DNA of 64,000 nt from Cytophagaceae bacterium (lineage in GTDB: Bacteria; Bacteroidota; Bacteroidia; Cytophagales; Cytophagaceae), in the NCBI GenBank assembly GCA_046329235.1, contig JAXLVA010000001.1, positions 2,513,409 to 2,577,408 of the forward strand. Reading direction: 5' to 3'. The position numbers and the translations under genes were made by a program. Positions 29,200 through 38,592 of this stretch are shown here, one piece after another (the stretch's first letter is position 1; the number at the start of each line of letters is the position of its first letter). The notes under the pieces were generated by a model. That model made no database searches, was not told the origin of the DNA, and worked only from the letters and a program-made list of their open reading frames with translations.

Positions 29200-29348
29200 C
29201 CTCCCCCTTAGTCTCCCTCCAAAGGGGGAAAAGCTCAACGCCGGCATGGATTGTTAATTATTAAGAGTTGTAGTGGATTATTTCACGTTTAGCACGGAAG
29301 TAAATGTATGGCACGGATTCCCCCTTAGGAGGGAGACTAAGGGGGAGG
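29200..29348. repeat. GC-rich long-hairpin intergenic element, copy 2 (149 bp)
   Basis: The 5' arm cctcccccttagtctccctccaaaggggga pairs with the 3' arm tcccccttaggagggagactaagggggagg. It has the same orientation and the same internal blocks as copy 1 (catggattgttaattat, acgtttagca, tggcacggattccccct). Confidence 0.9.
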
Positions 29349-29363
29349 AAAAAGTTAACGCAA

Positions 29364-29388
29364 CAAAAAAAGGACGATTGCTCGTCCC
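29364..29388 (-). terminator. rho-independent terminator downstream of gpmI
   Basis: The minus strand reads ggacga gcaa tcgtcc followed by ttttttt. Confidence 0.75.
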
Positions 29389-29418
29389 TTTTCTTTATTC
29401 ATTAAGGTAATGATGGAA

Positions 29419-30939
29419 TTACAACAATGACACACCTGTCATCTCTTTTGGTTGAGCCACACCCATTAACTCTAGGATAGTCGGTGCTAAATCTCCCAAT
29501 TTACCATTCTTAAGCGCTTTGTTGTATTCTTTATCTACTAATATACATGGTACCAAGTTCGTTGTATGTGCCGTGTTTGGAGAACCATCTTCATTAATCA
29601 TAACGTCTGCATTACCGTGGTCAGCAATGACAATCACGCTGTAGCCATTATCCAATGCAGTAGTAATTACTGATTCAGCACAATCATTTACCACTTCACA
29701 AGCTTTCACCGCTGCTGCAAATACCCCGGTGTGACCCACCATGTCCGGATTAGCAAAGTTTAAACAAACGAAGTCTACTTCTTTTGCTTTTAACTCTACG
29801 TTAATCTTGTCCTTAATTTCATTGGCACTCATTTCCGGAGCTAAATCGTATGTTGCCACCTTAGGAGATGGGCATAACAATCTTTTCTCTCCATCAAACG
29901 GTTTTTCTCTACCGCCGGAGAAGAAGAACGTAACATGCGGATACTTTTCAGTTTCAGCAATACGAATTTGCTTTTTACCTGCTTTCTCTAACACTTCACC
30001 TAAAGTCATTTTAAGATTATCCTTATCAAAGATGACTTTTACATTTTGGAAGGTATCATCATAGTTCGTCATGGTTACATAATATAAGTCATGCTTGAAC
30101 ATATTATGCTCATGGAAATCTTTCTGAGTTAAAGCAATAGTAATTTCTCTACCTCTGTCTGTACGATAGTTGAAACAAACGACTACATCACCTGTTTCAA
30201 TTTTAGCAAGTGGAGCCCCTGCGTTATCTGTAATAACTACAGGTTTGATAAACTCATCTGTAACACCTGCTTCATAAGACGCTTTAATTGCTGCTTCAGG
30301 GGAAGTGAACTTAATTCCTTCTGCATTGATCATAACATCATAAGCCAACTTCACACGTTCCCAACGGTTATCGCGATCCATAGAGTAATAACGCCCTACG
30401 ATAGTCGCGATTTTACCTGTTGTTTTTTGCATGTGAGCATCTAGCTCTTGAATAAAACCTAAACCACTTTTAGGATCACAGTCACGACCATCTGTAAATG
30501 CATGAACAAAAACATCTTTCAAGCCTGCTTCTTTAGCAATGGTACATAAACCTTTCAAGTGGTTAATATGAGAGTGAACTCCCCCATCTGATACCAGACC
30601 TATAAAGTGTACTTTTTTATTGTTGTTTTTAGCATAAGAAATAAAATCTTGTACAGCTGGCTCGCTTGCCAACGTTCCTTCTTCTACCGCTTTATTAATT
30701 TTAACTAAATCTTGATAAACCACTCTACCGGCACCAATATTCATGTGCCCCACTTCAGAGTTACCCATTTGTCCGGCAGGTAAACCTACTGCCAGTCCGG
30801 AGGCTTCTAATTTAGAATGCTGATACTTAGTATATAACCCATCAATAAATGGAGTTTTGGCTGCTGCAATAGCAGAAACTTTCGGATTTGTACCTAAGCC
30901 CCATCCGTCTAAAATCATTAAAACTACTTTCTTATTCAT
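29419..30939 (-). CDS. gpmI: 2,3-bisphosphoglycerate-independent phosphoglycerate mutase
   Basis: Contains MNKKVVLMILDGWGLG, MGNSEVGHMNIGAGR and ADHGNAD. The ATG at 30939 fits the family N-terminus. The ORF-track start at 31038 adds 33 hydrophobic residues that I discount. Confidence 0.93.
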   Translation of the reverse strand: MNKKVVLMILDGWGLGTNPKVSAIAAAKTPFIDGLYTKYQHSKLEASGLAVGLPAGQMGNSEVGHMNIGAGRVVYQDLVKINKAVEEGTLASEPAVQDFISYAKNNNKKVHFIGLVSDGGVHSHINHLKGLCTIAKEAGLKDVFVHAFTDGRDCDPKSGLGFIQELDAHMQKTTGKIATIVGRYYSMDRDNRWERVKLAYDVMINAEGIKFTSPEAAIKASYEAGVTDEFIKPVVITDNAGAPLAKIETGDVVVCFNYRTDRGREITIALTQKDFHEHNMFKHDLYYVTMTNYDDTFQNVKVIFDKDNLKMTLGEVLEKAGKKQIRIAETEKYPHVTFFFSGGREKPFDGEKRLLCPSPKVATYDLAPEMSANEIKDKINVELKAKEVDFVCLNFANPDMVGHTGVFAAAVKACEVVNDCAESVITTALDNGYSVIVIADHGNADVMINEDGSPNTAHTTNLVPCILVDKEYNKALKNGKLGDLAPTILELMGVAQPKEMTGVSLL

Positions 30940-30993
30940 ATCTGTTAGGTTTGTCCGTTTAAAATGGAACGCTAAAAATACAAGAAGAATTCC

Positions 30994-31013
30994 GGTATTG
31001 AAAATGCAATACC
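30994..31013. promoter_or_regulatory. 7-bp-arm palindrome in the divergent gpmI / DUF4783 promoter region
   Basis: GGTATTG-N6-CAATACC read directly. This is a possible dimeric regulator site with no known assignment. Confidence 0.25.
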
Positions 31014-31146
31014 TTATTATATATAGGAGAGATATCATTTTTTATAAAAGACCTAAAAAAAATAATCTAGCTGATTCAAAGCCTCTTGTAAAATATATCT
31101 ATCTCAATGATATTCATGGCATTATTTTCGCTGTAATAATCTAAGA

Positions 31147-31566
31147 ATGAGAAAGACATCTGTAGGAAGCACCTTATTAATAATAAGCACTTGGTTATCA
31201 AGCCTTATGCTAACTGCTGCTGTTTTCCAAACCGTTCCTGAGTTATTAGAAGGAATTCGACTACAATACAAATCTGGAAATGCGAAAGAGTTATCTAAGT
31301 ATTTCAATGAAACTGTTGAATTGCAGCTTTTAGACCAAGATCGTAAAGCTTATAATAAAACGCAGGCGGAATTTATTGTAAAGGATTTCTTTACTAAATA
31401 TCCTCCAAGTGATTTTAAATACTCTTATAAAAACCTTGAAAAGGAAGAGTTTAAGTTAGCCATAGGCGACTACCTATATGGAACCGGCACGATGCGGGTA
31501 ACCATGGTCATAAAACCGGCCAAGGGTTCCTACTTCATTGATTCCATAGTAATTGAAAGAAAATAA
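31147..31566 (+). CDS. DUF4783-like small secreted protein
   Basis: 139 aa with an N-terminal signal or anchor. The family assignment is from my recollection of the Bacteroidota protein commonly found next to nadC. Confidence 0.55.
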   Translation: MRKTSVGSTLLIISTWLSSLMLTAAVFQTVPELLEGIRLQYKSGNAKELSKYFNETVELQLLDQDRKAYNKTQAEFIVKDFFTKYPPSDFKYSYKNLEKEEFKLAIGDYLYGTGTMRVTMVIKPAKGSYFIDSIVIERK

Positions 31567-31601
31567 ATAGAATACCATAGTTTAACGCAAATTCTCAAGC
31601 G

Positions 31602-31632
31602 AACCCCGGACGTGATCCGGGGTTTTTATTTT
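31602..31632 (+). terminator. rho-independent terminator
   Basis: aaccccgga cgtga tccggggtt is followed by ttttatttt. Confidence 0.8.
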
Positions 31633-31671
31633 CTCCCCTTTTGTTCAAAAAATCATTATTTTTGGCGCGTC

Positions 31672-32529
31672 ATGTACGATTATTTACAGCCCGAAGCTTT
31701 ATACCAATTCATTCAATCTTCCTTAAAAGAAGATATAGGTAGTGGAGATCATACTTCAATTGCTTCTATCCCTCAAGGAACGAAAGGTACTGCAATCATG
31801 TACTTAAAAGATGAAGGGGTTCTAGCCGGTGTAGAAGCCGCTGAAATGATTTTCAAAACAGTGGACACTTCTTTACAAACTTCTTGGTTCAAACAGGATG
31901 GCGACTCTTTCACTAAAGATGAAATTGCTATGGAAGTGAGTGGCTCTGTTCATTCGATACTTATGTCGGAGCGAATTGTATTAAATACCATGCAGCGTAT
32001 GAGTGGTATTGCTAGTGGGGTTCAATCTATACAACAAAGTATAGCGCATACTAAAGCCCGACTATTAGATTCAAGAAAGACTACACCCAATTTCCGTATC
32101 ATGGAAAAGTGGGCCGTTATGATAGGTGGAGGAGTTAATCACCGTTATGGATTATTTGATATGATTTTATTAAAAGACAATCATATCGATTATGCAGGAG
32201 GTGTAAAACAAGCCTTGCAAAACAGCAAAGCTTATGTTAAAGAAACGAACTTGTCTCTAAAGATAGAAATTGAAACGCGTACACTAGCTGAAGTAGAAGA
32301 AGCGTTGGAGGAAGGTGGAGCATTTCGAATCATGCTAGACAATATGCCTGTCCCTTTGATGAAAGAAGCAGTGCAGTTGATTAACGGTAGAGCCGAGATA
32401 GAAGCCTCCGGAGGAATTACCAAAGATACGATCGTAGCTATTGCTGAAACGGGCGTAGATTATATTTCTATGGGCGGAATAACGCATAGTTATAAGAGCA
32501 AGGATATTAGTTTGAAAGCTAAAAAATAG
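31672..32529 (+). CDS. nadC: nicotinate-nucleotide diphosphorylase (carboxylating)
   Basis: Contains RKTTPNFRIMEKWAVMIGGGVNHRYGLFD ... LLKDNH. The ATG at 31672 (MYDYLQPEAL) is preferred, because the ORF-track GTG start at 31612 overlaps the preceding terminator. Confidence 0.93.
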   Translation: MYDYLQPEALYQFIQSSLKEDIGSGDHTSIASIPQGTKGTAIMYLKDEGVLAGVEAAEMIFKTVDTSLQTSWFKQDGDSFTKDEIAMEVSGSVHSILMSERIVLNTMQRMSGIASGVQSIQQSIAHTKARLLDSRKTTPNFRIMEKWAVMIGGGVNHRYGLFDMILLKDNHIDYAGGVKQALQNSKAYVKETNLSLKIEIETRTLAEVEEALEEGGAFRIMLDNMPVPLMKEAVQLINGRAEIEASGGITKDTIVAIAETGVDYISMGGITHSYKSKDISLKAKK

Positions 32530-32585
32530 TATTTAGCTGCTAGTATTTAGTCGTTAGACAAGGAAACACTTCACCAAAATTTGAT

Positions 32586-32683
32586 AAATACTAAATACTA
32601 AATACTAAATACTAAATACTAAATACTAAATACTAAATACTAAATACTAAATACTAAATACTAAATACTAAATACTAAATACT
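32586..32683. repeat. perfect tandem repeat, 14 x 7 bp (aaatact)
   Basis: Counted directly as 98 bp = 14 identical units. It ends 12 nt upstream of the ATG at 32696. Confidence 0.97.
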
Positions 32684-32695
32684 ATAAATAAAGCA

Positions 32696-33175
32696 ATGAT
32701 TGTTAAAACCAAAAAGTATCAAATGACTCCTAAGGAGTTTATTAAAGCCGGAATGTGGACGATTTTTAAGGAACAATGGATGTATGCAGGTATTCCTTTG
32801 GCAATGATTATTGTTGGAGCAGTGTGGCCAGAAGGCAGATGGTGGTTTATTATACCTGCATTAGTAGGTGCCAGCTTATATGTATTGTTTTGGTACATTC
32901 AGTTCTACTCTGCTACTCAAATGGAACAAGGTAAAGTATTGTTTCAAAAATTGAGTTACGAATTTGACAGTCGTCAAATCTTAATCAAGTTGAATGAAAA
33001 ACAAGGAAGTCCGTTAAAGTGGGAAATGATTAAAAGTGTAGTAAAGAGAAAAGAAGATTATTTGTTTGTAATGGGTAGAGGGCAATTCTTTTTATTCCCT
33101 TATAAAATATTTAACTCTGATAATGACCTTCGATTTTTGGATAGCATCCTAGAGCGTAAAGGCTTAATAAAATAA
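32696..33175 (+). CDS. YcxB-like membrane protein
   Basis: 159 aa with two hydrophobic helices followed by a small soluble domain. The family call is from memory and is weak. Confidence 0.45.
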   Translation: MIVKTKKYQMTPKEFIKAGMWTIFKEQWMYAGIPLAMIIVGAVWPEGRWWFIIPALVGASLYVLFWYIQFYSATQMEQGKVLFQKLSYEFDSRQILIKLNEKQGSPLKWEMIKSVVKRKEDYLFVMGRGQFFLFPYKIFNSDNDLRFLDSILERKGLIK

Positions 33176-33179
33176 TTTG

Positions 33180-33206
33180 AACCCCGAGTAATCGGGGTTT
33201 ATTTTT
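33180..33206 (+). terminator. rho-independent terminator
   Basis: aaccccga gtaa tcggggtt is followed by tattttt. Confidence 0.8.
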
Positions 33207-33306
33207 GTACTATATAAAGATACTTTTATACGTATTTAGTATTATTAACTTATTATCAGCATTTTACATATCAATTACATACATTTACACTGTACATAAT
33301 TGATAT

Positions 33307-34821
33307 ATGCGTTTTTATCTTATTTTTCAATTTTTACTTTTAACAATACTAAGTGTTACCGCTCAAACAAACCGGATGATGAGCAATTGTAACTACACCC
33401 TTGGTAATGATAGATATCTATGCGCCAATTGGGATGGCAATAATATCAGAACAAACCAGGGAAGCTTATTAGACACATTGATGGTTTACATTCCTGAAGA
33501 TGCGAATGTGATTGAGATTCAATGGAAGAGTTTAAGTTCAGGGAAAATTGTAGGTATTAAAAACAAGCAACTCCTTTATGCCGTTTCACCTTCCGATATT
33601 CAAGAAAAAAGAATTACTCTCTTGGCAGAGATCTTTTTAAACAATTGTAATCAAACGTTGATTGACACCTTAAACTATATCATCCATTCTCAGCCTATCA
33701 TAAGTGACCCCGGATACAAATATGTATTTTCCTGTTCTGATTCCGTACTACTAAACCAGTGGAGCTATAGTAATATTAATTACGGGATGGGTGAAGATGA
33801 GTCCATTCAAATTAATTGGTCTAATCTAAATGGCAAAGGTTTACTATTACATTCCTCAGAAAACTCTACCTATGTATTCAACAATGGAGTTGAGGCTAAC
33901 TTAATCATTCTTCAAAAAACCATTAGTAGTAACTATTGTTATGCTTACGAATATTTATATCTACAACATTCGGTTAAGCCTATCATATCTGCCGGAGATG
34001 ATGTTTGGTTAAAAGATTCATTGGCAAGAAACACCAGCACCTCCATTCAATTCCCTGCCGGTTACCAAGGAAGTCTGTTAAGCACATTGTACAGATGGAG
34101 TCATAATGGATCCGGACAAATGCTACAGTCTAACAGAAGCGGTTTTACATATAAAGCATCTAAAGAGGATTACACACGAGAATTTATTGTAGTGACACTT
34201 AGTACACAATTTTGTGATGCTACTATGAAAGACTCCTTTAGGATCTATATTCAACCTAATCGCATCCTACAACCCAATCTTCCCAAAACGTTTGAGCGGG
34301 GAGGAAATCTTACCTTATCCATCAATCCCCTTTCACCTATACAAGTTCAAAGCTGTACTTTATATGGAGATGCGCATACCTTTATTCAAAGTGTTCCTTT
34401 GGGGCAACCTACTCTATTCACGTTGAAAGATAGTTTACTTGTAGATGGGGTATTATACATTCAATATGTCATTCATAATCCTAGTGGACAAGTGCTTGTA
34501 TTGGAAGATTCTATAATTGCCAACGATTATAAAGCTCCCGGCAGTACAATCCAATCACAACAAATTAGTCTGCACACCGCTACTAATGTTTCAAAAAACA
34601 TTTTAGTGTACCCTAATCCTTCTAGCACTATTATATCTTGTAGCGTTCCAAGTCAACTATATATTCTAAAGTGGTGCAATCGTAACGATAAAGGTGAAAT
34701 TATATTAGAGTCAACACTTAACCCCGACAACATATCTATAGAACACTTACCTGCAGGCTGTTTCTTGTTTGAAATACAAGATCATGAAAAAGTATATCGA
34801 ACTAAGTTCATAAAGCTATAA
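33307..34821 (+). CDS. T9SS type A CTD secreted protein, function unknown
   Basis: 504 aa with signal peptide MRFYLIFQFLLLTILSVTAQ and a C-terminal ILVYPNPSSTIISCSV ... AGCFLFEIQD ... KFIKL sorting-domain pattern. Confidence 0.65.
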   Translation: MRFYLIFQFLLLTILSVTAQTNRMMSNCNYTLGNDRYLCANWDGNNIRTNQGSLLDTLMVYIPEDANVIEIQWKSLSSGKIVGIKNKQLLYAVSPSDIQEKRITLLAEIFLNNCNQTLIDTLNYIIHSQPIISDPGYKYVFSCSDSVLLNQWSYSNINYGMGEDESIQINWSNLNGKGLLLHSSENSTYVFNNGVEANLIILQKTISSNYCYAYEYLYLQHSVKPIISAGDDVWLKDSLARNTSTSIQFPAGYQGSLLSTLYRWSHNGSGQMLQSNRSGFTYKASKEDYTREFIVVTLSTQFCDATMKDSFRIYIQPNRILQPNLPKTFERGGNLTLSINPLSPIQVQSCTLYGDAHTFIQSVPLGQPTLFTLKDSLLVDGVLYIQYVIHNPSGQVLVLEDSIIANDYKAPGSTIQSQQISLHTATNVSKNILVYPNPSSTIISCSVPSQLYILKWCNRNDKGEIILESTLNPDNISIEHLPAGCFLFEIQDHEKVYRTKFIKL

Positions 34822-34860
34822 AACAAGAGAGCCTCATCAATGATGAGGCTCTCTTGTTTT
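34820..34860. terminator. bidirectional terminator between convergent genes
   Basis: Perfect 20-bp arms aaaacaagagagcctcatca / tgatgaggctctcttgtttt, with A4 and T4 flanks. Confidence 0.85.
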
Positions 34861-34877
34861 ATAGGCAAGCAATTTTA

Positions 34878-37800
34878 TTACTGCTTAATAATTTTTACTG
34901 TTTTGTAGTTAGTGCCATCCCAAGAAGTTAAGAAGTAAACTCCTACTGCTAGATTTTCACCAAGTTGTACTTCCATATTAGGAGTAACATCCATCCACTT
35001 ACCTACTAACTCTCCGTTTACTGCGGTTAAAGTTAAGTCTACCGGTTGTTCATTTTGAGAAACAAAGATAGCCGAAGTAGAGTTGTTAAATGGATTTGGT
35101 TTTACTACTATTTGAACAGAAGCAACAGCGTCTACTGACATAATAGAACTATAATCAGAGGTTCCGTCATAATCTACTTGTACTATTCTATAGTATGTTG
35201 TGGTAACGTATGGAGCATTATCCGTTGTCGTGTAACGTTGAATACCGGAAGAGTTTCCATTCCCATCCACTACCGACACATTTTCAAAATCTACCCCATT
35301 AGTTGAACGTTGAACGATAAAATAATCATTATTAGTTTCAGTAGCTGTTAACCATTCTAAACGAACGATGTTGTCTATTCTTCTAGCAGAGATGGACAAC
35401 CAATCTACAGGTAAAGTACAACCTGAATTCGCAGCAACTACAGGTAAGCGGTCACAAGGAGTTCCTGTTTGGAATTGAATATTGTAGAAGTACATGTAAT
35501 CATTTCCATCATTATTACCACCAGAAGCACCTGTTACATTCATTACTCCGGAAGGAGTAGAATTGTATGGATAAGAAGCTCCCGATTGATTCCATAATGG
35601 ATTGCCATTGATAGCCCCTGAAGAAGGCTGAACAATGCGCCAACGTAAACTTGTTCCCCAAGTTGTACTCATGGTGAATCCGGTAAAGGTGAACGTCAAT
35701 AATTCATTACAATTACTGCCACACGTAGGTGTTGTTGGATTAGAAGTAAAGATTTGAGCAGGACTTAATGAAGCGCCTGAAGAATTTAAAACTTCGATTT
35801 GAATCGTTCCTGCGGCATTCGCATAAACCAAGAAGGGAACTTGTACTGATGTAATAGTTACATTAGATGACAAAGTGAAATTCATATGGTTTGTACTACT
35901 CCAACCCCATTGTTGAGCATCAGTCAATGGTGATGTTGTTTTACCAGTTGTACCTGCGGCAGCACTCATATCTTGAACATAATAGGTGCCTGCAGCAGGA
36001 GCATTGTAAGTAGTACCGGTAGCTAATGATGTTCCACCCGTAGGTACGTTATACCATTGGTAAGGACCTGTACCCGCATTAGTAATGGCTAAAGCAATAG
36101 ATCCGGATGCAGCACATCCATCCACTGGTGTAGGTAATGAAGACGTAACTTGAACTATATCTTCCGAAGTACAAGAACCTGAGGTAGCAACTAGTTTGTA
36201 GTAAGCTGCTGTACGAACATTCGCTAGAGTAACTGTTGTTGCGCCGGAAATGTTAGTATAAGTTCCAGCTAGTGTAGAGGAACTCTTCCATTGGTAAGTA
36301 GTACCGGAAGGCATCGCAGAAGCATTTGAAAGAGTTAAGTTAACTGAAGCAGGACTACATAAGTTAACATCCGAACCTAAATTAGGAGTAGCGATGGTAT
36401 TTGAAATGGTGATGGTGTCTCTCTTTGTACAAGGACCACCTGTGAAGGCAGAATCTCTTTCAACGATATAAGAACCGACAGCTGTAGCACTATAGGTTTG
36501 TCCAGTTGCACCTGAAATCAATGTTTTTGTAGAGCCATTCCAAGTATACCATCTGTAAGAGATAGAACCACCCGGAGCACCCGCATTAGCATTTAATGTC
36601 ATAGGCAAGCTAGCGGAACAAGTGCTTAGATTAGGTCCTAAGTTTGGTTGTTTACATGCTTGACCACCACAAGTAATAGTTACAGGAGCAAGTTTTGAGT
36701 TAATAAATCCTAAGGCCCCTACTAAACCGGCGTTATAATCGATACAAACTTCCGTGTTTTCATAGTTACTTCTATCGTCGCTATATGTACCATCGCGCTG
36801 ACCTCCTACAAGTGCACCGAATTGCTGGTTCTTGGTTGGGATGGTAAGTACTACGGCATTCCCCGGGTTATCGTCGCGTAAGTACACGTTACGATGGTGT
36901 GGATATTGCGGCGACAAGAAAGGTCCGCCTGCGGCAGGAGTAAAACCGACGATGTAGGATCGTTTGCTACTGTTGCTACCCATTATATAATCCACGTCTT
37001 TAAAGACAAGATTATAATTAGCACCAGATGAAATATTATTCAGTTTGCAGTACAATGCCACCAAGAATGCTGCATTCCCATTGTAGCGAAGTCTTCCCCA
37101 TGTACCTGCAGCGGTATATACACCGGCAGCATTTCTACTTCCTGCAGCCAACCAGTGGTTGGTCATACGGGTGTTGAAGGATGCGGTAGCCGTTGGGTGG
37201 CCAAGCTGAGATAGTACATAAAGAGCAAGTTCTCCATTATTGATATAGTCATACGTCCAACCCATATTCGGCTGTACATCAGCAGTACCTGTACCACTTG
37301 TTGTAAGGGCAAAGGCTGTAGTTCTGTAGCTTGTGTTCGAAGTAGCCCAATACATTTCTGAAAGAAGAATAGCCCAAGCATTTTTCCAGTTGTTATTCCC
37401 CCCATAAAAAGAACCTGTACAGGCACCTACTGCTCCAGGGTGTGTGCTTGCATAGCTGTATGCGTATTGTGCGTGTGTAAGACAAGTGGCTGCGTAAGCA
37501 GCATCGTAAGGAGCATACATTCTTGACATAAGCGCTAATGTAGCGCCGCAGAAAGAAGCCATCGCAGCATCGTTAGGATTGCTACAAGATGGTCTTGGAT
37601 TTCCGCCCTGTCCCACTGCAAGTGTCTGCATTTTTACGGAAGTAACCCACTGCTGGTGATCCGCATTACCATCTCCTACTTCATAATAAAAAGTAGAAGC
37701 ATTGGGTGTTACTTTAATAAAGAAATCAGTAGCATGTTTTACTTCCTCTAGGATATCCGGTATACAGTTCGGATCGTGTCCTGCACCTTCCCAAGTCCAG

Positions 37801-38204
37801 TTACCTGCTGCTTTATATCCTGCATAATCATACGTGTATTTATCGTCGTAGCCGGTAGGAAACTCAGCATAACCCTTTAAGAGCATATAAGCCGAGTAAA
37901 ACTGTGTTTGTCCGAATTTCACGTGGTCACCACAGTCATGCCAACCACCGGATAGGTCATTTCCTCCGGCAGCATCGGCTATAAATGATTTTCCGGTAAG
38001 AGTTGCTGATACTCCGGAAGGAAGGTGATTATAAATTAACCAGTTGTTCTCACCTGAACGTTGCCCCCCATAGAAACGTGTTGTCATCCATAGCGCCTTT
38101 TTGTAATCTGTATTTGTCCAGTTCTGAGCTACAGATGAATAAGCACACAAGAATACTATTGTGAATAGGATTGAAATGTTTTTAATGTTCTTTCTAACTA
38201 ACAT
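34878..38204 (-). CDS. glycoside hydrolase family 9 endoglucanase with Ig-like modules and T9SS type A CTD
   Basis: 1108 aa with GH9 blocks DLSGGWHDCGDHVKF and YSDDRSNYENTEVCIDYNAGLVGAL. Three Cys-flanked modules follow, with YRWY/YQWK/YQWY motifs. The C-terminal VKPNPFNNSTSAIF ... GVYFLTSWDG ... VKIIKQ is a sorting domain. Confidence 0.88.
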   Translation of the reverse strand: MLVRKNIKNISILFTIVFLCAYSSVAQNWTNTDYKKALWMTTRFYGGQRSGENNWLIYNHLPSGVSATLTGKSFIADAAGGNDLSGGWHDCGDHVKFGQTQFYSAYMLLKGYAEFPTGYDDKYTYDYAGYKAAGNWTWEGAGHDPNCIPDILEEVKHATDFFIKVTPNASTFYYEVGDGNADHQQWVTSVKMQTLAVGQGGNPRPSCSNPNDAAMASFCGATLALMSRMYAPYDAAYAATCLTHAQYAYSYASTHPGAVGACTGSFYGGNNNWKNAWAILLSEMYWATSNTSYRTTAFALTTSGTGTADVQPNMGWTYDYINNGELALYVLSQLGHPTATASFNTRMTNHWLAAGSRNAAGVYTAAGTWGRLRYNGNAAFLVALYCKLNNISSGANYNLVFKDVDYIMGSNSSKRSYIVGFTPAAGGPFLSPQYPHHRNVYLRDDNPGNAVVLTIPTKNQQFGALVGGQRDGTYSDDRSNYENTEVCIDYNAGLVGALGFINSKLAPVTITCGGQACKQPNLGPNLSTCSASLPMTLNANAGAPGGSISYRWYTWNGSTKTLISGATGQTYSATAVGSYIVERDSAFTGGPCTKRDTITISNTIATPNLGSDVNLCSPASVNLTLSNASAMPSGTTYQWKSSSTLAGTYTNISGATTVTLANVRTAAYYKLVATSGSCTSEDIVQVTSSLPTPVDGCAASGSIALAITNAGTGPYQWYNVPTGGTSLATGTTYNAPAAGTYYVQDMSAAAGTTGKTTSPLTDAQQWGWSSTNHMNFTLSSNVTITSVQVPFLVYANAAGTIQIEVLNSSGASLSPAQIFTSNPTTPTCGSNCNELLTFTFTGFTMSTTWGTSLRWRIVQPSSGAINGNPLWNQSGASYPYNSTPSGVMNVTGASGGNNDGNDYMYFYNIQFQTGTPCDRLPVVAANSGCTLPVDWLSISARRIDNIVRLEWLTATETNNDYFIVQRSTNGVDFENVSVVDGNGNSSGIQRYTTTDNAPYVTTTYYRIVQVDYDGTSDYSSIMSVDAVASVQIVVKPNPFNNSTSAIFVSQNEQPVDLTLTAVNGELVGKWMDVTPNMEVQLGENLAVGVYFLTSWDGTNYKTVKIIKQ

Positions 38205-38533
38205 ATTGGAGCAGTAATCAGTAAGGTTGAGCTTTAAAATGCCTATAAAGTTACAAATATTTACAAATAGACTTTATCCAATGTAAGATTATACTATTTA
38301 AATAAACTATTTGAATTTGTATGGTATTTATAGGTTTAATACAATAATAATAGATTATGTAACCTTTAAAAAAGCGCTCTATTACTACATCTAATTGATT
38401 GTCTTTTAATTATACTGATTAAGTTTTTAGGCAATTATTCAAAAAATACTATTTATCAGACAATTAGCTACTTACAAAAATTAGACTAATGTACTATTTG
38501 GTGGCATGAAATGGCATGTTATAAATATCACTC

Positions 38534-38567
38534 AAAAAAAATACCTGTATGAATTTCATACAGGTAT
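38534..38567 (-). terminator. rho-independent terminator downstream of the 1137-aa gene
   Basis: The minus strand reads atacctgtat ... atacaggtat followed by ttttttt. Confidence 0.75.
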
Positions 38568-38592
38568 TTAATGATTTCTCCATTTTTTGAAG

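Noticed and set aside
31612-31671. N-terminal extensions in the ORF track for nadC (GTG at 31612), gpmI (31038), purK (TTG at 26975), the lipoprotein (53174) and recX (TTG at 60610)
   Set aside because: Internal ATG codons give N-termini that match the families or give proper signal peptides. The extensions also overlap terminators or promoter DNA.
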